A stretch of 64,000 bases of DNA from Planctomycetota bacterium (lineage in GTDB: Bacteria; Planctomycetota; SZUA-567; H5-PLA8). The translations under genes were made by a program, and so were the position numbers. The notes under the pieces were generated by a model that ran no database searches, was not told the origin of the DNA, and worked only from the letters and a program-made list of their open reading frames with translations. Shown in pieces: positions 59,774-64,000 of this stretch (position 1 is its first letter; every line of letters starts with the position of its first letter). The stretch is taken from the NCBI GenBank assembly GCA_038227875.1, contig JBBRPR010000040.1, positions 16,057-80,056 on the forward strand, in the 5' to 3' direction.

Positions 59774-60071
59774 AAATGAAAGCGTAAAGGCCACAGTCCA
59801 GTTATTAATCAGGCTTCCCGTCCGCACGCCGCGGATGGGCAAAGTCCCGCCAGACTGCCTGTCGCCATCCGCCCGAAGGCATGAAGGCGCCAGCACGCCG
59901 TGGTCAAACGGGAGTTCGATGGGATGAAAGGATCAAACGCCGAGACGCTCAAACCCAGCCTGCGTTTAAGCGGCAAAGTTCACGTGATTGAACGGTCAAT
60001 CGTGGCCTGTTGAAGTCTCCACAATCCACCCGATGTGTATGAGTCCCGTGCTTTACGCTTCTCTTTCATTT
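59774..60071. ncRNA. Candidate structured RNA / rny leader
   Basis: Closing stem AAGCGTAAAG/CTTTACGCTT plus four internal helices in an intergenic region without a credible ORF. Confidence 0.4.
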
Positions 60072-60313
60072 CACAGATGTTCGTCGAGATGGCCTCTCAG
60101 GACCACATCGTGAGCGAAGAAGTACAAGAGCTCACGAAGGACACGACGTCGGTCAAACTTCACCTGATCTGCGGAACGAAAGCCCCCAGATAAACGCGCA
60201 ACGCACCTTCATCGAAAGTTCACGCACACAAAACTATCAGCCTTCAACCTTCCGTCTGAAACAAGGTGCACTTCGCACCGCGCGTCAGACCCATTAAACC
60301 CTCGTGGGTGCTA

Positions 60314-60341
60314 AATTTATAACGTTGTGTAGGCGCGTCAA
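60314..60341 (-). promoter_or_regulatory. Candidate sigma70 promoter pointing toward rny
   Basis: Minus strand TTGACG-N16-TAAATT. Confidence 0.45.
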
Positions 60342-60523
60342 GCGGGTTTCGTCGAAGCTTTCCGAGGCGCAAGAATTTTTAGCTTTATTGACTCAGAGTC
60401 GTGTCATCGATTCTTAACGACGCAACTTGCAACGAGCTATGCTCAACGGGAAGCTTTTGGTGAATTTCGCGACTCTCTGTTTGGTTTTAACCAGGGAACG
60501 AATTCGTTTCCGCCCGAGTTGGG

Positions 60524-60958
60524 CTACTCATCCGACTCGTCCTCGATCTGGCCTTTAAGGATGTCGAGAATCTTCGGCGCGGCGTGCGTTTCACCGACGT
60601 TGATGCCCGGACAGCGCTGCGCTTCGCGGACCCACGCGAACGGGCTTTTCATCACTTCCGGCCAGAACGGATAGTCGCGGCACTGTTGCGGCCGGGCGTC
60701 GTAAACGCCGCAGCCTTTACCGTCGGGCGAGAGCATTTCGCAGTCGCCGTTACGCCGTTCTTTGAGCGACATTTTGCCGCTGGAATAGTGACGCACATGC
60801 TTGTTGTCGAATTCTTCCAGCGGCATCTTGATGAGCTTGGCGATCGCCGCGATCTCCGCGGCCGTGACAAAGACGTCTCCCGGCGCGCCGCCACAACAGC
60901 GGACGCACCCGGATTGGCACGTGAACTTCACTCCATCTTCAAACCAGCTCGTGTTCAT
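60524..60958 (-). CDS. YkgJ-family cysteine-cluster protein
   Basis: CQSGCVRCC...C...CGVYDARPQQCRDYPFW...CPG. Confidence 0.9.
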   Translation of the reverse strand: MNTSWFEDGVKFTCQSGCVRCCGGAPGDVFVTAAEIAAIAKLIKMPLEEFDNKHVRHYSSGKMSLKERRNGDCEMLSPDGKGCGVYDARPQQCRDYPFWPEVMKSPFAWVREAQRCPGINVGETHAAPKILDILKGQIEDESDE

Positions 60959-60969
60959 GACGGCAAGGG

Positions 60970-62073
60970 TCAGGGGCCTGGGGTTAGCGGTTGAGTGGCA
61001 TCAACGGGTTTGGGTGCTTCAACTATCGGTGTTGTTGGCGGTATGGCTGTCGTTTCAACGGACCTGTTCATGCCGCTTGCGCTGGCCGTGCCGCTGGTCA
61101 TCGTGGGTGTGCCGTCCACCGCCGGAACCGCGGGCGCGTTTTCGGCGTCCCAGCCAGGCGGGCGCATGCTGGGGAAGAGTTGCAGGCGGACTTCGTTGAG
61201 CACGCCGACAACCATGTAGCCGTTGAAGGCCAGCACCAGCATGATCTCATGATGAAGGATGATTAGGATCAGCGTCAGCGCCAGCACCATGATATGCATG
61301 AACGATTTGCGGCCGCGCAGCAGCTTGTCGCCGACATGCGGGTAGTGCACGCGCGAGACCATCAACACGCCCAGCGCCGCCATGACAAAGGGGAATGCCA
61401 GCAGCACCGGCCCGTGCAGCGCCTTGCTGATGTCGTCGAGGTACGTCAATTCCTGGATCGGACCGATCGACGACGTGATATGGCGGTTGCCGGGAATGAT
61501 CAGCGTCGCGAGACTGGCCACGCAGCCGGCCGCGCCAGGTGAAGGCATGCCGAAGAAGAAATCGCGGTGGCCGGATTCCGCTTCGATGTTGTAACGCGCC
61601 AGCCGCAGCGCCGCGCAGCAGACGTAGAGCGCCAGCATCGGCAGCACGTACTTTTCCACAAACGGATACGAATCGGGTGTCATCAGTTGCTGATCGATCA
61701 TCGCCTTGACCAGCACCGCCGGCGCGACGCCAAAGGAGACCACGTCGCAGAGCGAATCCATTTCCATGCCGAACTTGCTCGACGTCTTCGTCCAGCGAGC
61801 GACCTTGCCGTCCATCATGTCGAAGAGCATCGCCATGAAAATCAGGATGCCGGACCAGTAGAGACAATCGTCAGGCGTGCGCAGAAAACTGCCGGACGAC
61901 GCGCCCACGACAAACGACGACGCGCGGAGCGCCAGGATGATCGATCCAAAACCGCAGAGCAGATTGCCCAGCGTGACCATGGTCGGCAGCGGATGGACGC
62001 CCATCACCAGCCGCTTGGGTCGCGGCGGCTTGGGCACTTTCGAAGTCTGACGGAACCGGCCAAATCGTGCCAT
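60970..62073 (-). CDS. pssA: CDP-diacylglycerol--serine O-phosphatidyltransferase
   Basis: DMMDGKVAR...FGMEMDSLCDVVSFGVAP, LRLARYN, F.GMPSP; adjacent to psd. Confidence 0.9.
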   Translation of the reverse strand: MARFGRFRQTSKVPKPPRPKRLVMGVHPLPTMVTLGNLLCGFGSIILALRASSFVVGASSGSFLRTPDDCLYWSGILIFMAMLFDMMDGKVARWTKTSSKFGMEMDSLCDVVSFGVAPAVLVKAMIDQQLMTPDSYPFVEKYVLPMLALYVCCAALRLARYNIEAESGHRDFFFGMPSPGAAGCVASLATLIIPGNRHITSSIGPIQELTYLDDISKALHGPVLLAFPFVMAALGVLMVSRVHYPHVGDKLLRGRKSFMHIMVLALTLILIILHHEIMLVLAFNGYMVVGVLNEVRLQLFPSMRPPGWDAENAPAVPAVDGTPTMTSGTASASGMNRSVETTAIPPTTPIVEAPKPVDATQPLTPGP

Positions 62074-62161
62074 TGCTAAAATCCCCGGGCAATTTTTAAT
62101 GCTTAATTTTGAATTCTTAATTAACGTTGAGCAAATCCGCCGCTCAATTCAAAATTCAAAT

Positions 62162-62863
62162 TTAAGAATTCAAGATTACCACATCCTCCTCTTCCGCTTT
62201 AACCGCTGCCACCTTCACCGCGCACAGCGGCGTCTGTCCTCCGACGACCTTGTCGCCGATCTTCACCAGCACTTCCCCGCAGGACTGGACAGGAATGTAG
62301 AGCTCTGTGCGGGAACCGAATTTGATCATACCATAACGCTGGCCCCGCGTCAGCCGGTCACCGAGTTCCGCCTCGCAGACAATCCGCCGCGCGAGGATCC
62401 CGGTGATCTGCTTGACGATGATGAGCAAACCGTTGTCCAGCCTTAAGCCCAGCGCCGCCGATTCGTTGCGCGTCGGCGCTTCGGGATTATATGCGGGAAG
62501 GAACTCGCCGGATTTATGCTCCACCATCATCACCGTCCCATCGCACGGCGTGCGGTTGACGTGGACGTTGAACGGAGAAAGGAAGATGCCGATGCGCACC
62601 GCGCGTCCGGAAATGAAGCGGGTTTCGTCGAGTTCCGTGATGTCGCTGACGGTACCGTCGGCGGGAGAGAGCATGATTTCCGGCGCGTCGGTGCCGGTCC
62701 GGTTGGGGTCGCGGAAGAACCAGACGACGATGCCAAAGGGAATCGCGGGGATGACCAGCAGCGCCGGGTGGATGCGTCCGAGGACGAACGCCGCCGCGCC
62801 CATCGCCAGCGTGACGATGAGCAGCTCGTCGCCGCCGTACTCCGCCATGCCGACCATCCGCAT
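62162..62863 (-). CDS. psd: Phosphatidylserine decarboxylase proenzyme
   Basis: FFRDP, SPADG, FLSPFNVHVNR, GMIKFGSR (self-cleavage GS). Start placed at ATG 62863. Confidence 0.93.
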   Translation of the reverse strand: MRMVGMAEYGGDELLIVTLAMGAAAFVLGRIHPALLVIPAIPFGIVVWFFRDPNRTGTDAPEIMLSPADGTVSDITELDETRFISGRAVRIGIFLSPFNVHVNRTPCDGTVMMVEHKSGEFLPAYNPEAPTRNESAALGLRLDNGLLIIVKQITGILARRIVCEAELGDRLTRGQRYGMIKFGSRTELYIPVQSCGEVLVKIGDKVVGGQTPLCAVKVAAVKAEEEDVVILNS

Positions 62864-62982
62864 TACTCGTCGCACGAAAGGCTCTCCAAGGACAACCCAC
62901 GCGGTCAACTTGACAACGGGCGTGACCGCGTAACAATGTCAGGCCAATGATACATGGGCGAAGGTGCTCATGCCATTGACTT

Positions 62983-63053
62983 GCGGGTATAGCACAATGG
63001 TAGTGCGATAGCCTTCCAAGCTATTTACGCGGGTTCGATTCCCGCTACCCGCT
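62983..63053 (+). tRNA. tRNA-Gly(TCC), CCA not encoded
   Basis: Acceptor stem GCGGGTA/TACCCGC, anticodon arm ATAGC-CTTCCAA-GCTAT, T arm GCGGG-TTCGATT-CCCGC. Confidence 0.96.
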
Positions 63054-63147
63054 TCACCCACCATTAATTTACCCGCAACTCCGCCATCGAGCCACGATTG
63101 GGTATTTATTTTTGCTATTGGCCGGAGTGATAATGGAATAGCCAGCT

Positions 63148-63552
63148 ATGAAACAAAAAAGTGATGTCACCGCTTCACCGGACCTGCTCAAAGCAACTGA
63201 AAAAGGGGACGTGCGCAGAGTGAAAATCCTCTTAAAGCACGGAGTATCGCCGAACTGCTGCAGCCCAATCTCCGGATACTCGCCGCTTCAAATGTCGGCC
63301 ACTCGCGGGTATCTCGAAATCGTGAAAGCGCTGGTCAAAGCTGGCGCTGATATTCATTACAGAGGCGGGGATGTTCCTGGCACCGCACTTTCCGGTGCCG
63401 TAATTGCCGGGCACACGAGTATCGTACGCTATCTTTTGGGAGAAGGCGCAGACCCCAACGAGGATCTTTATCCTGATGGAATGCCGCTGATCGAAGAGGC
63501 GAAAAACGCCGGGTATTCCAAAATCGTTGCGCTTCTTCGCAAAGGACGGTGA
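63148..63552 (+). CDS. Ankyrin-repeat protein
   Basis: SPLQMSATRGYLEIVKALVKAGAD, TALSGAVIAGHTSIVRYLLGEGADPN. Confidence 0.9.
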   Translation: MKQKSDVTASPDLLKATEKGDVRRVKILLKHGVSPNCCSPISGYSPLQMSATRGYLEIVKALVKAGADIHYRGGDVPGTALSGAVIAGHTSIVRYLLGEGADPNEDLYPDGMPLIEEAKNAGYSKIVALLRKGR

Positions 63553-63597
63553 CGGTCTTACCTTGCGCCCGTCAACTAACAACTGCACCCGTGCCGT

Positions 63598-63861
63598 CTA
63601 CCGCAACGTTTGTGTCGATGCATTCCATAAATCATTCATATACTTGCGCCACCAATCGTTCACTACATTTCTGAACGCACCAAATTTAACGACATCAGAA
63701 TCAACTTTCGAATTGAAACCCCGCACCTCGTACACGACATTTGCTATTATCCCAGAATGGCGTGAATCCTTTTGCAGAACGACCTGCACATCAAACGCGG
63801 ACGAATTCTCATAGGTACCACGATAGACCCTGGTGTTCTCTACCGTTTCTTTAAGTGTAAA
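63598..63861 (-). pseudogene. Low-GC ORF whose 5' end is cut off by the IS
   Basis: The open frame runs into the IS left end at 63862; the ORF-track start (63876) lies inside the IS. Confidence 0.5.
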
Positions 63862-64000
63862 TGACCTGCTCCCCAAAAACTGAACCAGGTGTTATGAGAG
63901 TTCTTAGGCCTGAAGAGGCCGGAAGGGATTCTCATGAAACGCAAGAGGCACAGTCCAGAGCAGATCATCGCCAAGCTGAGGGAGGCGGATACGGCGCTCA
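63862..64000 (+). mobile_element. IS3-family (IS407-group-like) insertion sequence, left end and start of orfA
   Basis: Terminus TGACCTGCTCCCC; ORF from 63934 reads MKRKRHSPEQIIAKLREADTAL. Confidence 0.88.

Noticed and set aside
59838..59860. RNase P RNA or cobalamin riboswitch (AAAGTCC-like motif)
   Set aside because: Lacks the full GAGGAAAGTCC and the 3' conserved region of rnpB, and has no B12-box arrangement. tmRNA and SRP signatures are also absent.
62910..62937. Sigma70 promoter for tRNA-Gly (TTGACA-N16-AACAAT)
   Set aside because: Plausible, but the -10 match is weak, so it is not listed as a feature.
1..64000. CRISPR array or cas genes
   Set aside because: No run of equal-length repeats with unique spacers; the repeats seen are dispersed, palindromic or short-period.

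Overview
GC-rich bacterial chromosome segment, most likely Planctomycetota (inferred from the groEL-groES-groEL-dnaJ-grpE cluster, Hanks kinases, PQQ-repeat proteins and several HtrA-like proteases). The housekeeping backbone is hflX, groEL/groES/groEL/dnaJ/grpE, panB, rny, a YkgJ-family gene, pssA, psd and tRNA-Gly(TCC). Mixed in are signalling and secreted-protein genes, plus about ten lower-GC single-gene inserts that resemble orphan polymorphic-toxin immunity genes. The window ends inside an IS3-family element downstream of the tRNA. Best leads: (1) two independent gene pairs in which a trypsin-fold protein lacking the catalytic triad sits directly upstream of an intact one; (2) a 73-bp duplicated gene 3' end bracketing a 1.85-kb segment that carries an HNH-like gene; (3) a ~640-nt highly base-paired non-coding leader upstream of rny; (4) heptamer-periodic tracts of varying unit sequence at many stop codons; (5) several REP-like families adjacent to the cassette-like genes. 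No CRISPR array, rRNA, dnaK or integrase was seen. All family assignments come from motifs read by eye, with no database searches.
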